In this document: positions 63,084 to 64,000 of the stretch, piece by piece | How the letters are laid out: every line of letters starts with the position of its first letter | Position numbering within the stretch: the first letter of the stretch is position 1 | NCBI GenBank assembly: GCA_965198115.1 | Contig: OZ240241.1 | Location: 5,088,001-5,152,000, forward strand | Reading direction: 5' to 3' | Origin: Candidatus Latescibacterota bacterium | Lineage (GTDB): Bacteria; Latescibacterota; UBA2968 | Length of the DNA: 64,000 nt | Notes under the pieces: model-generated | Databases searched by the model: none | The model's input: the letters and a program-made list of their open reading frames with translations, nothing else | What the model was told of the DNA's origin: nothing | Made by a program: the position numbers and the translations under genes

Positions 63084-63947
63084 TCACTTACCTTCCGAAC
63101 TATGGCTTTTGTAAAGCGTTTCGATCCATCGATCCGTCGAGATGAAACGCCAGGACCACGACGACCACTTCTCGGGCAGACCGGCGGCCTTCGCCTGATC
63201 CAACGTCATCCCAGACGCAACCTTGTCCCGAATCAATCCCGACGTCTCCTTCAGCATCCCGATATAAGTCGCGAGATCTTTCTTCGTTGAAAGTGGGCCG
63301 TGTCCGGGGATGATTCTGTCACCATCCGTGGCGTGTCCGTAAACGGTTTCGACCGCCTGGAGGTAACCGTCCAGCGTGCCCCCACTGTCGAGATCGATGT
63401 AGGGGAACATGCCCGAGAAGAACAGGTCACCTGCGTGGATCACGTTCGAACCGGTAAAGTGGATCACCGCATCGCCGTCGGTGTGGGCATTCGGATAATG
63501 GCTGGCGCGGATGGCCTCACCGTTTAAGTGGATTGTCAGCGACTGATCGAACGTGATTTCAGGCAACGCGTGTGCCGGCAACGCTTCTCCATCTTCCCGT
63601 TGTTCGATCAATCTATGACGTACGTTCGTATGTGAAACGATCGTTGCATCCCTCCCGAATTCGGGATTCCCGCCCGTGTGGTCCCCGTGGTAGTGGGTGT
63701 TCAGTACGAAGATCGGTGCGGTTCCCCCTAATTCCTGAATCGCCGCCAGAATCTTGCCTGCCAACGGAGCGAACTTGTCGTCGACCATCAGCACGCCATC
63801 CGGGCCAACGGAAACGCCGATGTTGCCGCCGGGCCCAGAGAGCACGTGGATGCTTCCCGCCACATGCGTCGTCACGATCTCCTGTCCGTTGACCGAACTG
63901 GTCAGCAACAGAAGTGCGATTGCAGGGATGTAGCTTTTGTATCGCAT
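63084..63947 (-). CDS. Secreted metallo-beta-lactamase-fold hydrolase (cyclase-like)
   Basis: Signal peptide; GGNIGV, THYHGDHTGGN, AHTDGD, HAGD, PGHG. Confidence 0.93.
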   Translation of the reverse strand: MRYKSYIPAIALLLLTSSVNGQEIVTTHVAGSIHVLSGPGGNIGVSVGPDGVLMVDDKFAPLAGKILAAIQELGGTAPIFVLNTHYHGDHTGGNPEFGRDATIVSHTNVRHRLIEQREDGEALPAHALPEITFDQSLTIHLNGEAIRASHYPNAHTDGDAVIHFTGSNVIHAGDLFFSGMFPYIDLDSGGTLDGYLQAVETVYGHATDGDRIIPGHGPLSTKKDLATYIGMLKETSGLIRDKVASGMTLDQAKAAGLPEKWSSWSWRFISTDRWIETLYKSHSSEGK

Positions 63948-64000
63948 CGTTCGATCTCCTGCGTTATGCGTTGGCCATCGTCCGTTTGTCGTTCATCTCT

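Overview
A GC-rich bacterial window. The gene mix (many PhyH dioxygenases, a DUF6785-type membrane protein, a propeller-repeat sensor, DUF5916) resembles Latescibacterota/Poribacteria-type genomes; this is an impression, not a database result. Bases 1-14.4 kb are mostly housekeeping: TAXI-TRAP transporter, truncated RelA/SpoT homologue, exonuclease-DinG helicase, kduD, queA, ispDF, dedA and ddl. Bases 14.5-29.6 kb are plastic: an IS630-split relic, a sigma54-driven micro-operon, and an ~11.3 kb integrase-less island bounded by two complete copies of tRNA-Thr(TGT). Further on are a TonB receptor-YfiR-hybrid kinase module (receptor split by ISL3), catabolic and signalling genes, an ISAzo13 element joining two gene remnants, an ISL3-split HEAT-repeat gene, and a PhyH/CE15/ThuA/MBL cluster. 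There are four near-identical ISL3 copies. The most unusual signals are non-coding: intergenic mosaics of different 7-nt-period repeats, REP-like palindromes near a GIY-YIG remnant, a 117-bp MITE, and a candidate anti-Shine-Dalgarno sRNA. Several single-base frameshifts at short homopolymers suggest long-read indel errors.
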